Program-made: the position numbers and the translations under genes
Shown here: one piece after another, positions 1 through 7,984 of the stretch
Position numbering within the stretch: position 1 is the stretch's first letter
Layout: each line of letters begins with the position of its first letter
NCBI GenBank assembly: GCA_045659745.1
Contig: JAZRCL010000089.1
Coordinates: forward strand, 2,252-66,251
From: Eubacteriales bacterium
GTDB taxonomy: Bacteria > Bacillota > Clostridia > Oscillospirales > CAG-272
Direction: 5' to 3'
Length of the DNA stretch: 64,000 nucleotides
Notes under the pieces: generated by a model
The model's input: the letters and a program-made list of their open reading frames with translations, nothing else
What the model was told of the DNA's origin: nothing
The model's database searches: none

Positions 1-528
1 CTGTGCGTATGGCTCAACACCGTCACGGGTGTGGGAGCGCTTCTGCCTTTTGGCGGAACTATTACCGTTAGCATGCTGCCGATAGCATACTATTCCTTCA
101 GACACGGAATAGGCTGGGGTGTTGGAGTGGGCTTTGTTTACTCGATCTTGCAGATGACACTCGGCTTTTACGTGCCGCCCGCTAACAAATGGTGGGCAGT
201 TGTACTTTGTGTTTTGCTTGACTACGTTATAGCGTTCTCGGTCATAGGACTTGCAGACGTTTTTGCCAAGCTTTTCGGCAAGCGCAGACTTATCGGCTAT
301 GGCACAGGAGCGGTTATAGTATGTCTTATACGATTTGCTTGCAGCTTTTTGTCCGGTGTTATACTTTGGGGAAGCTACGCGCCCGAAAATATGAACGTAT
401 GGGTGTATTCGCTGGTCTATAACGCCTCGTATATGATACCCAACGCTATACTGACGGGGGTTCTCGCAGTTGCGCTCTGCGCGGCGCTTGATCCCAATAC
501 GTTAAGACCTATAAGGAAAAGCGTATAA
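1..528 (+). CDS. thiT: ECF-type thiamine transporter S component ThiT-like membrane protein, 5'-truncated by the window edge
   Basis: Frame 1 is open from base 1. The product is polytopic and hydrophobic, with ThiT-like blocks LDYVIAF, SGVILWGSYAP and YSLVYNASYMIPNAI. It is followed by a terminator hairpin. Confidence 0.6.
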   Translation: MCVWLNTVTGVGALLPFGGTITVSMLPIAYYSFRHGIGWGVGVGFVYSILQMTLGFYVPPANKWWAVVLCVLLDYVIAFSVIGLADVFAKLFGKRRLIGYGTGAVIVCLIRFACSFLSGVILWGSYAPENMNVWVYSLVYNASYMIPNAILTGVLAVALCAALDPNTLRPIRKSV

Positions 529-535
529 AAACAAA

Positions 536-565
536 AATTCCCGACAGACGTCGGGAATTTTTTAT
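536..565. terminator. Bidirectional rho-independent terminator between thiT-like gene and trpS
   Basis: Stem aattcccgac/gtcgggaatt with loop agac, flanked by an A-run upstream and a T-run downstream. Confidence 0.8.
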
Positions 566-573
566 AGAAGATA

Positions 574-1575
574 TTATCTTACCTGAACGAAGCCAAGCTT
601 TTTCTGAACCTTGCCGAGTGTGCGGCGGGCAACATATGACGCTTCCTCGGCGCCTTTCTTCATCTGCGCCTCAAGTCCTGCCTTGTCGGAGAGTATCTCA
701 CTGTATCTCTGCTGAACGGGAGCAAGCGCGTCAGCACACGCCTCGCCGACTGCGAGCTTGAACTCGCCATAGCCACGGCCCTCAAACTCGCGCTCTATCT
801 CGTCAAACTCCTTGCCGGTAAAGCAGGAGTAGATAGTCATCAGATTGTTTATTCCGTCCTTACCCTCGGCATAGCGAACAACGGTGTCCGAGTCTGTGAC
901 AGCTCTCTTGAACTTGCGGATGATGGTATCCTTATCGTCAAGAATATAAACTATCGCATTGGGATTTTCGTCCGACTTACTCATCTTCTTTGTGGGCTCG
1001 GACAGGGACATTATCTTTTTGCCGTTCTTGGAAATTATGGGCTCGGGAATGGTGAACAGATCGGGGTAGAGCTGGTTCATTCTTGTTGCGATGTCACGAC
1101 AAAGCTCAACGTGCTGCTTCTGGTCGATGCCGACGGGAACAACGTCTGTCTGATAGAGGAGAATGTCCGCAGCCATAAGCGCGGGGTAGGTAAACAGACC
1201 TGCGTTGATATTGTCCGAGTGACGAGCAGACTTATCCTTGAACTGTGTCATTCTTGAAAGCTCGCCGAACATTGTAAAGCAGTTGAGGATCCAAGCAAGT
1301 TCCGCGTGCTCGTGAACATGTGACTGAACGTAAAGAGTATTCTTTTCGGGGTCAAGTCCTGCTGCCATGTAGAGAGCGAGAGTCTCGTATGTGCGGCGGC
1401 GAAGGTCTGCGGGGTTTTGACGCACGGTTATGGCGTGTGAGTCAACCACGCAGTAAAAGCACTTGTATTTTTCGGAGTAGGAAGAAAAATTCTTCAAGGC
1501 TCCAAGATAATTTCCTATTGTTAGATTTCCGCTGGGCTGAATACCCGAGAAGGAAACAAGCTGATTTTGAAACAT
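574..1575 (-). CDS. trpS: Tryptophan--tRNA ligase
   Basis: 333 aa class I aaRS. It has an N-terminal SGIQPSG..TIGNYLG motif (HIGH-like) and KMSKS (KKMSKSD). Confidence 0.95.
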   Translation of the reverse strand: MFQNQLVSFSGIQPSGNLTIGNYLGALKNFSSYSEKYKCFYCVVDSHAITVRQNPADLRRRTYETLALYMAAGLDPEKNTLYVQSHVHEHAELAWILNCFTMFGELSRMTQFKDKSARHSDNINAGLFTYPALMAADILLYQTDVVPVGIDQKQHVELCRDIATRMNQLYPDLFTIPEPIISKNGKKIMSLSEPTKKMSKSDENPNAIVYILDDKDTIIRKFKRAVTDSDTVVRYAEGKDGINNLMTIYSCFTGKEFDEIEREFEGRGYGEFKLAVGEACADALAPVQQRYSEILSDKAGLEAQMKKGAEEASYVARRTLGKVQKKLGFVQVR

Positions 1576-1675
1576 ATTAAAAACTCCATTAATTTATAGA
1601 TACATAGAGTATATCACAATATTTTAATAAATGCAAGTGTAATTTTCAAAAATAATACGGCAGACTTTCTGCATA

Positions 1676-1704
1676 TTGACATTGGAATTCCTTTTTGATA
1701 TAAT
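1676..1704 (+). promoter_or_regulatory. Sigma-A-type promoter for the flavin reductase gene
   Basis: TTGACA (1676-1681), 17-nt spacer, TATAAT (1699-1704), about 35 nt upstream of the ATG at 1740. Confidence 0.6.
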
Positions 1705-1739
1705 GTGTGTATAAGTTTATAAAACGTTTGGAGAAATAT

Positions 1740-2312
1740 ATGGCAAAACAGCATTGGAAGGGCGGTACGCTGATCGCCCCCGCGCCTCCCGTTATGGTGA
1801 GCTGCGGCAGCATGGAAAAATCCAATATAATTACGATAGCATGGACGGGAATTATTAACACCATTCCGCCAAAGACCTATATCTCGGTGCGCCCCAGCCG
1901 TCATTCCTATGACATCATCAAGGAGAGCGGGGAATTCGTGATAAATCTCACACCCACCTCGCTTGTAAAATCTGCGGACTATTGCGGAATTTACACGGGC
2001 GCAAAGGTTGACAAATTCAAAAAATGCAATCTGCACAAGGAAGCGGGACAGTACGTATCCTGCCCGATAATCGCGGAGTGTCCTATTTCGCTGGAGTGTA
2101 AGGTCACCGACATCATACCGCTTGGAACTCACGATATGTTTATGGCTGATATTGTGGGAGTGAATATAGACGAGTCCTTGCTTGACAAAAACGGCAAGCT
2201 TTGTATTGAGAAGGCGAATCTTTGCGCATATGCTCACGGAGATTATTATGCTCTTGGTAAAAAGCTTGGCAAATTCGGATTTTCAACAGATAAAAAGAAA
2301 AAGGGCAGATAA
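1740..2312 (+). CDS. Flavin reductase family protein (FMN-binding split barrel)
   Basis: The ORF-track ORF starts at 1707, but the ATG at 1740 follows the RBS ggaga. The motif PPVMVSCG...NIITIAWTG is typical of flavin reductase-like domain proteins. Confidence 0.8.
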   Translation: MAKQHWKGGTLIAPAPPVMVSCGSMEKSNIITIAWTGIINTIPPKTYISVRPSRHSYDIIKESGEFVINLTPTSLVKSADYCGIYTGAKVDKFKKCNLHKEAGQYVSCPIIAECPISLECKVTDIIPLGTHDMFMADIVGVNIDESLLDKNGKLCIEKANLCAYAHGDYYALGKKLGKFGFSTDKKKKGR

Positions 2313-2327
2313 TATGAGCCCTTAGAA

Positions 2328-2362
2328 TAAAAAATCCCATCGCGTCGCGATGGGATTTTTTA
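2328..2362. terminator. Bidirectional terminator between flavin reductase gene and SH3 lipoprotein gene
   Basis: Palindrome atcccatcgcg/cgcgatgggat flanked by an A-run and a T-run. Confidence 0.8.
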
Positions 2363-2376
2363 TTTATCTTAAAATA

Positions 2377-3033
2377 TTACTCTGCTGCCTCGGTGTTGTT
2401 TTCAACAACTTCCTCGGAGTACTCGTGGTAAGCGGAGATGTAGCCGTATTCGTAAGGCTGATCCTCACTTACTGTGAGCTTGATCTTGTACCAGCCCTCT
2501 TCGCCAAGGTCAGCGTTGAAGCCTACTACCTCAACCTCGTTGCCTTCAACGAGAGTAGCGATGGGCTCGTCAGCTGTTCTTGCGGGAACGTATCTTACGT
2601 TAACAGATCCAACTATGATCTTGATGGTCTTGGAGGTTTCCTCAAAGCCGTCAAGAACGTCTACCTCAACGATAAGCTTGTTAGCGATGTAGTATTCCTC
2701 ACCCTCGTAAGTTACCTTACTCCAGTTTGCATCAGCCTGGCTTCTTTCAAGCTCTGTGCCGTTGGGGAGAGAAATGCCTGCTTTTGCATCATCCTCAAAG
2801 GATGTGTCCGTGCGGAGATTTGCTGCACCGTTGGGAGTCATTATGTATACTGTATCGTTCTTGTCTTCAAAATTGCGGTCAACTGCGGGAGTGTTGTCCT
2901 CGGGAGGAGTTTCTACGCCTCCGTTACCTGTAGGAATATTAATGTCGGGATCTTCATTGCCCTGGTCGTTGTTGCAAGCAACGAGAGAGATCATAACGAG
3001 AAGAGCTGCTAAAATAACGAGAATTTTTTTCAT
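2377..3033 (-). CDS. Lipoprotein with SH3b-like domains
   Basis: The signal peptide ends in a lipobox (LVAC). Two SH3b-like segments are present (ANLRTD...; VNVRYVP...WYKI). RBS aggagg lies upstream. Confidence 0.7.
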   Translation of the reverse strand: MKKILVILAALLVMISLVACNNDQGNEDPDINIPTGNGGVETPPEDNTPAVDRNFEDKNDTVYIMTPNGAANLRTDTSFEDDAKAGISLPNGTELERSQADANWSKVTYEGEEYYIANKLIVEVDVLDGFEETSKTIKIIVGSVNVRYVPARTADEPIATLVEGNEVEVVGFNADLGEEGWYKIKLTVSEDQPYEYGYISAYHEYSEEVVENNTEAAE

Positions 3034-3120
3034 GGGTTCCTCCTGATTTCACATCATTTATTTTTACGGTTTTTGGCGTTCGACAAGACTCGTCAAAAGC
3101 CACTTTACAATCTATAAATT

Positions 3121-3149
3121 ATTATAGCATACAAAAAAACGAATGTCAA
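3121..3149 (-). promoter_or_regulatory. Sigma-A-type promoter for the SH3 lipoprotein gene
   Basis: On the minus strand: TTGACA (3149-3144), 17 nt, TATAAT (3126-3121). Confidence 0.55.
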
Positions 3150-3214
3150 TAATCCACGTAAAAAAAGTCATAAATATTTTTATATTATATTATGACTTAT
3201 GGGAATGGATTTTG

Positions 3215-3244
3215 TTGACAAAAAAGTCATATTTGTGGTATAAT
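3215..3244 (+). promoter_or_regulatory. Sigma-A-type promoter with extended -10 for polA
   Basis: TTGACA (3215-3220), 18-nt spacer ending in TGg, TATAAT (3239-3244). Confidence 0.6.
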
Positions 3245-3276
3245 AAACACAGTAAATTCTGAAAGGACACCCGAAA

Positions 3277-5805
3277 ATGAAAAAATTACTTTGCATTGAC
3301 GGAAACAGCATATTGAACAGACAGTTTTACGGCATAAGATACCTGTCAGCCAAGGACGGATTTCCTACAAATGCGCTTTTCGGACTTATAAACGTAATAT
3401 CAAGAGAGATAGACTCGCTCTCACCCGACTACGCAGCGGTGGCATTCGACCTTAAGGCTCCCACCTTCAGACATAAGATGTACGATGCGTACAAGGCGGG
3501 CAGACACGCTACTCCCGAGGCACTTCTTATGCAGATGCCTCCCGCAAAGGATATCTGTCGTGCTATGGGATTTTCCGTGCTTGAGCTGGAGGGCTACGAG
3601 GCGGACGATATTCTCGGTACGCTTGCGGCTATGGCAGAGCAGGCGGCGGCAGACGGCGAAGAGATAGAGGCGTATATCCTCACGGGAGATAAGGACTCCT
3701 TGCAGCTTATATCCCAAAACGTCAAGGTGCTTTTGGCGTCAAATTCCGAGACGACGGTTTATGACGATGCGAAATTTCTTGAAAAATACGGTGTCCACGC
3801 AAAACAGTACGTGGACGTAAAATCCATAATGGGCGACAGCTCGGACAATATCCCAGGCGTTAAGGGAATTGGCGAGAAGGGTGCGTTCAAGCTTATTGCG
3901 GAGTCTGGAAGTCTTGATGCTATTTATGAAAATCTCGACGGCATCAACGCAACTCAAAGCGTAAAGACAAAGCTTATAGACGGCAAGGAATCTGCGTATA
4001 TGTCTCGCACTCTTGCAACTATAAAAAAGGACGTTCCGCTTGGAATAACACTTAAGGATATTGAATTTTGCGGGATCCGCCGCGAGGACGCAAAAAGGCT
4101 TTTCACAAGATACGAGATGTTTGCCGCGCTCAAAAAATACGGACTTGACAGGGAAGAGGATACAGCCGAGGTTGAATCTGCGAGCGCAGAGATAAAGAGT
4201 GTAAAAATATCGGATGTTCTCTCTCTTGAAGGTGACGAATATGCCTTTGAGCTTTGCGGTGAGGAGATATTAGTGTCTGACGGCAAAACTGTTTGGAGTG
4301 CCGAATTTTCTGCGGAAATTTTCGACTTTTTGAACTCTAAAAAGATTGTTGCTTACGACTGCAAGACCTTGTATAAATCCCTTGAGGCGAAAGGCATTGT
4401 TTGGCGCGACTGCTTCTTTGACGTAATGCTCGGCGCGTATGTTGACGACTCATCGCAGGGTAATTACGGTATAGAGCGTCTCTGTACCCACTACCTTGGA
4501 GAAACTCTCTCCGAGAGCACACCGCAGGTATGGTATATCGCGAGAATGAAGTCCGTAATTGAAGAAAGCCTCACGCAGAGCGGTCAGATAACACTTCTTC
4601 GCGAGATAGAAATGCCGCTTGCGAGCGTTCTTTGCAATATGGAACAGAGGGGCGTTAAAGTGGACTGCAAGGGAATTGCTGAGTACGGTGAGCAACTTGA
4701 CAACAGCGCCGCCGTGCTTGAGACCATGATATATGCGGCGTCGGGCTATCAGTTCAACATTAACTCCCCAAAACAGCTTGGCGAGGTACTATTTGATAAA
4801 CTTATGCTTCCTTTTGCGAAAAAGACAAAGACGGGATATTGCACTAATGCCGAAACCCTTGAAAAGCTCCGCAAATATCACCCGATAATAGACGATATAC
4901 TGGACTACAGACAGGTGACAAAGCTCAAGAGCACGTACGTTGACGGACTGCTTCGCGAGGCTGACGCCGAGAGCAGAATACACACCACATTCAAGCAGAC
5001 GGGAACTGCCACGGGCAGACTTTCCTCAACCGACCCCAACCTCCAGAATATTCCGATAAGAACCGAGGCGGGCAGACAGTTCAGAAAGTACTTTGTGCCT
5101 ACCGACGAAAACCACGTGCTTATAGACGCGGACTATTCTCAGATAGAACTTCGCGTGCTTGCTCATATTTCCGACGATAGACATATGATAGACGCATTCC
5201 TTGGCGACGAGGATATACACACCTCCACGGCTTGCCGTGTGTTTGGAGTCACCCCCGACGACGTGACTATCGAGATGCGAAAGAGGGCAAAGGCAGTAAA
5301 CTTTGGAATCCTTTACGGCATGGGCGAATTTTCACTTTCCGAGGACCTAAAGATTTCCATCGCAAAGGCAAAGGAATATATACAAAACTACCTTGACAGC
5401 TATCCGAATATAGAAAAATATCTTTCGGACGTTGTAAGAGAGGCAAAGGAAAACGGCTACGTGACAACTATGTTCGGTCGCAGACGAAACATCCCCGAGC
5501 TTTCCGCGCAGAACAAGAACGTGCAAAAGTTTGGCGAGAGAATCGCGATGAACAGCCCGATTCAGGGAAGCAGCGCGGACATTATCAAGATCGCTATGAT
5601 AAACGTTGAGCGCAAGCTCGTCGAGAGCGGCACGGGCGCGCGACTTATTCTGCAGGTGCACGACGAGCTCCTCATTGAATCTCCCGTGGAATGTGCGGAC
5701 GAGGTTTTGCTGATTCTCAAATCAGAAATGGAGGCTGCGGCAAAGCTTTCGGTTCCGCTTGATGTTGAAGCGAAGATTGGCAGAACGTGGTACGAATGTC
5801 ACTAA
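3277..5805 (+). CDS. polA: DNA polymerase I
   Basis: 842 aa. It has an N-terminal 5'-3' exonuclease (GDSSDNIPGVKGIGEK) and C-terminal family A polymerase motifs (DYSQIELRVLAH, RRRAKAVNFGILYG-like, QVHDELL). Confidence 0.95.
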   Translation: MKKLLCIDGNSILNRQFYGIRYLSAKDGFPTNALFGLINVISREIDSLSPDYAAVAFDLKAPTFRHKMYDAYKAGRHATPEALLMQMPPAKDICRAMGFSVLELEGYEADDILGTLAAMAEQAAADGEEIEAYILTGDKDSLQLISQNVKVLLASNSETTVYDDAKFLEKYGVHAKQYVDVKSIMGDSSDNIPGVKGIGEKGAFKLIAESGSLDAIYENLDGINATQSVKTKLIDGKESAYMSRTLATIKKDVPLGITLKDIEFCGIRREDAKRLFTRYEMFAALKKYGLDREEDTAEVESASAEIKSVKISDVLSLEGDEYAFELCGEEILVSDGKTVWSAEFSAEIFDFLNSKKIVAYDCKTLYKSLEAKGIVWRDCFFDVMLGAYVDDSSQGNYGIERLCTHYLGETLSESTPQVWYIARMKSVIEESLTQSGQITLLREIEMPLASVLCNMEQRGVKVDCKGIAEYGEQLDNSAAVLETMIYAASGYQFNINSPKQLGEVLFDKLMLPFAKKTKTGYCTNAETLEKLRKYHPIIDDILDYRQVTKLKSTYVDGLLREADAESRIHTTFKQTGTATGRLSSTDPNLQNIPIRTEAGRQFRKYFVPTDENHVLIDADYSQIELRVLAHISDDRHMIDAFLGDEDIHTSTACRVFGVTPDDVTIEMRKRAKAVNFGILYGMGEFSLSEDLKISIAKAKEYIQNYLDSYPNIEKYLSDVVREAKENGYVTTMFGRRRNIPELSAQNKNVQKFGERIAMNSPIQGSSADIIKIAMINVERKLVESGTGARLILQVHDELLIESPVECADEVLLILKSEMEAAAKLSVPLDVEAKIGRTWYECH

Positions 5806-5945
5806 GCTCACAATTTTCGGTGGATTTGTAAAAATATTGACTTTTTTTCGCTCAATTTTATTGATTTTTAAGGTTGATTTCAAAAAAGCAAAGTGATATA
5901 CTGAATTAAAGTATAAACGGAGAGGGTATTATCCCGAAAAAGACT

Positions 5946-7106
5946 ATGGAAACAGTAAAAAAATATCTGAAACGTTATTTTATTGATGCCATGGGCGCTA
6001 TGGCGCTGGGACTTTTCGCATCGCTTCTTATCGGTACTATATTTGGCACGGTAGGCAAGTATATAAACGGCGCAAATGTAAGCCATGAATTTCTGAAATC
6101 TCTTGCGGAGATCTTCAACGTCGTGGCAACTTATGCAAAGGCGGCAACGGGCATGGCGATAGGTGTTGCCATCGCACACAAGCTTGGAGCTCATCCGCTT
6201 GTTATGTTCTCCTGTGCGGCAGTTGGCGCTATGTCAAACGCTATGGGTGCTGTTATAAACGGTGGCGTGATAACCAAATGGGCGGCAACGGCAGGAGTTG
6301 GCGAGGGAATATTCTACGCAGCAGGTCCTGCGGGCGCGTTTTTTGCGGTAATTATCGCATGCGAGATAGGAATGCTCGTATCCAAAAAGACAAAGATAGA
6401 TATTCTCGTAACCCCCGTTGTGACCCTCACGGTAGGATTTTTGGCAAGCTTCTTGCTTTGTCCCTTGGTGTCTTACGTAATGTATTATCTTGGCGTGTTT
6501 ATCGCTACTGCGACCACGTTCCAGCCCTTGCTTATGGGTATAGTGGTTTCGGTGGTTGTTGGAATAATACTCACACTACCCATATCCAGCGCGGCCATAT
6601 GCGCTATGATATTCTCGACGTCGGCGTTTGAGGCGGCGGTAGCAAACGGTACAGAAGAAGGATTTTTGCTCGCAGGCGGTGCGGCGGTCGCAGGCTGTTG
6701 CGCACAGATGGTGGGCTTTGCAGTGTCAAGCTTCCGCGAAAACAAGTGGGGCGGCATTGTGTCACAAGGACTCGGTACGTCAATGCTTCAGATGGGCAAC
6801 ATTGTGAGAAATCCGAGAATATGGATACCTCCAACGCTTGCGGCGGCTATCACGGGGCCCATCTCGACTATGGTGTTTGGTCTTAAATGTCAAGGAGTTG
6901 CGGCAGGTATGGGAACGTGCGGTCTTGTAGGTCCTCTCGGCGTTATTGACCAGATGGCGACGGACGGACAGATGAATGACCCTATGGCATGGATTGGACT
7001 TGTGCTTGTTTGCATAGTTCTTCCTGCAAGTTTGTCGCTTTTGTTCAGCGAAATAATGAGAAAGCTCGGTTGGATAAAGAAGGACGATATGCTTTTGGGG
7101 GAGTGA
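5946..7106 (+). CDS. Polytopic membrane protein, PTS EIIC_2-like putative permease
   Basis: 386 aa, about 10 TM segments, glycine-rich. Its resemblance to stand-alone EIIC-type permeases is from memory only, and there is no IIA/IIB partner in the window. Confidence 0.5.
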   Translation: METVKKYLKRYFIDAMGAMALGLFASLLIGTIFGTVGKYINGANVSHEFLKSLAEIFNVVATYAKAATGMAIGVAIAHKLGAHPLVMFSCAAVGAMSNAMGAVINGGVITKWAATAGVGEGIFYAAGPAGAFFAVIIACEIGMLVSKKTKIDILVTPVVTLTVGFLASFLLCPLVSYVMYYLGVFIATATTFQPLLMGIVVSVVVGIILTLPISSAAICAMIFSTSAFEAAVANGTEEGFLLAGGAAVAGCCAQMVGFAVSSFRENKWGGIVSQGLGTSMLQMGNIVRNPRIWIPPTLAAAITGPISTMVFGLKCQGVAAGMGTCGLVGPLGVIDQMATDGQMNDPMAWIGLVLVCIVLPASLSLLFSEIMRKLGWIKKDDMLLGE

Positions 7107-7107
7107 A

Positions 7108-7443
7108 ATAAATGATTTTTTTAGATACTTTTTGTCCGCGTCGACAAAAAGTATCCAAAAAACGCCGCTTAAAAGGGAAGGGTGTTGTAATTTTTCTACC
7201 GAAAAATTTGCTCTGCGAGCATCGAACGACCCCCTTCCCCTTTAAGAATACCCTAACCCCGCGAGTTTGCAAGCAAACTCGAAAAACGGTGAGGTAATAG
7301 AATATCCGTCCTAACTGTAATAAACGTTTACAGAGTAGGCGTTTGTGTAGGATAGGAGTCAAGAGGAAAGGGAGGAATCGCAACCTCCCTTTCCTCTTGT
7401 GGCTTTCTTTGGATACTTTCTGCAGCTATTGGCAGAAAGTATC
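7108..7443 (+). repeat. Multi-hairpin intergenic element, copy A (family shared with 49150-49420)
   Basis: Terminal hairpins lie at 7124-7155 and 7412-7443, both of the form GATACTTT..AAAGTATC. A long hairpin spans 7168-7246, with further hairpins at 7262-7281 and 7360-7399. Copy A shares an identical 22-mer (7188-7209), 20-mer (7370-7389) and 13-mer (7108-7120) with copy B. Confidence 0.7.
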
Positions 7444-7579
7444 ATAAAAGATAGACACTCTCCACTCTTAAGCGGTGTTTTGGTTACGAATTGCATTTCG
7501 CAGAAATGCGAGCTGAAGCGTAGCGCAAGCAGTTGGCACTGTTGACAAAGTAACATAGAAAAAATATTTCAAAAAGCCC

Positions 7580-7608
7580 TTGAAACTTTGCGTCCTTTCT
7601 GCTATAAT
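7580..7608 (+). promoter_or_regulatory. Sigma-A-type promoter for SRP RNA
   Basis: TTGAAA (7580-7585), 17 nt, TATAAT (7603-7608). Confidence 0.65.
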
Positions 7609-7654
7609 AATATAGTATCTTAAAAGATAAAGAAAAAACGCAGCTGTGCTGTGA

Positions 7655-7932
7655 AAGAAGGCCATACCAGCCGGGGAGGTAGCGGAGCCCTGAACCTGAA
7701 ATCCGCTATACAGGGGTGGATCCCGCATTTGAGGGCGGACCCTTTACGAATGAGGCATATCTGTTGTGTTGATGGGCGGGTCTTGCGCAATCAAGAGCTG
7801 TGAATCATGTCAGATGGGGAACCAAGCAGCATTAAGCGGTAAACTTGATGTGCCGTGAGGTTGCCTGCCTTGAGCAGGAGGTATGCAGATCGCGTGGAGG
7901 GAAAACACGAATTTGCGGTGTATGGTCTTCTT
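7655..7932 (+). ncRNA. ffs: Signal recognition particle RNA, long Bacillus-type (scRNA) with Alu domain
   Basis: Blocks match my recollection of B. subtilis scRNA: ggggaggtagcgg.gccctg.acctg.aatccgct, ctgcgcaat, catgtcag..gg.a..aagcagcattaag, and gtgccg..ggttgcctg. A terminal helix pairs 7655-7667 with 7920-7932. The position upstream of dnaX is the conserved Firmicute synteny. Confidence 0.85.
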
Positions 7933-7984
7933 TTGTGGCAGAGTTGCGTTTTTTATTGGAATTTTGTTATCATATTGAAAGGAG

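Noticed and set aside
1576-1739. A possible T-box leader upstream of trpS.
   Set aside because: The spacer is only 164 nt and has no GGTGGTACC T-box sequence or terminator/antiterminator pair on the minus strand. The region is instead occupied by the divergent flavin reductase promoter.
2350-3012. A 220-aa plus-strand ORF.
   Set aside because: It is antisense to the SH3 lipoprotein gene, which has a clear lipobox signal peptide and RBS.
3161-3231. The repeated aaaaaagtcata motif (3161-3172 and 3220-3231) and the gtcataa/ttatgac inverted repeat (3167-3196), considered as an operator between the divergent promoters.
   Set aside because: The region is very AT-rich, so short repeats are expected by chance. 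The arms are only 7 bp and match no regulator motif I can name.
7045-7383. Short ORFs inside the hairpin element copies (7045-7383, 7112-7297, 49171-49443).
   Set aside because: They have no RBS. Indels between copies A and B break any common reading frame, and conservation follows base pairing rather than codons.
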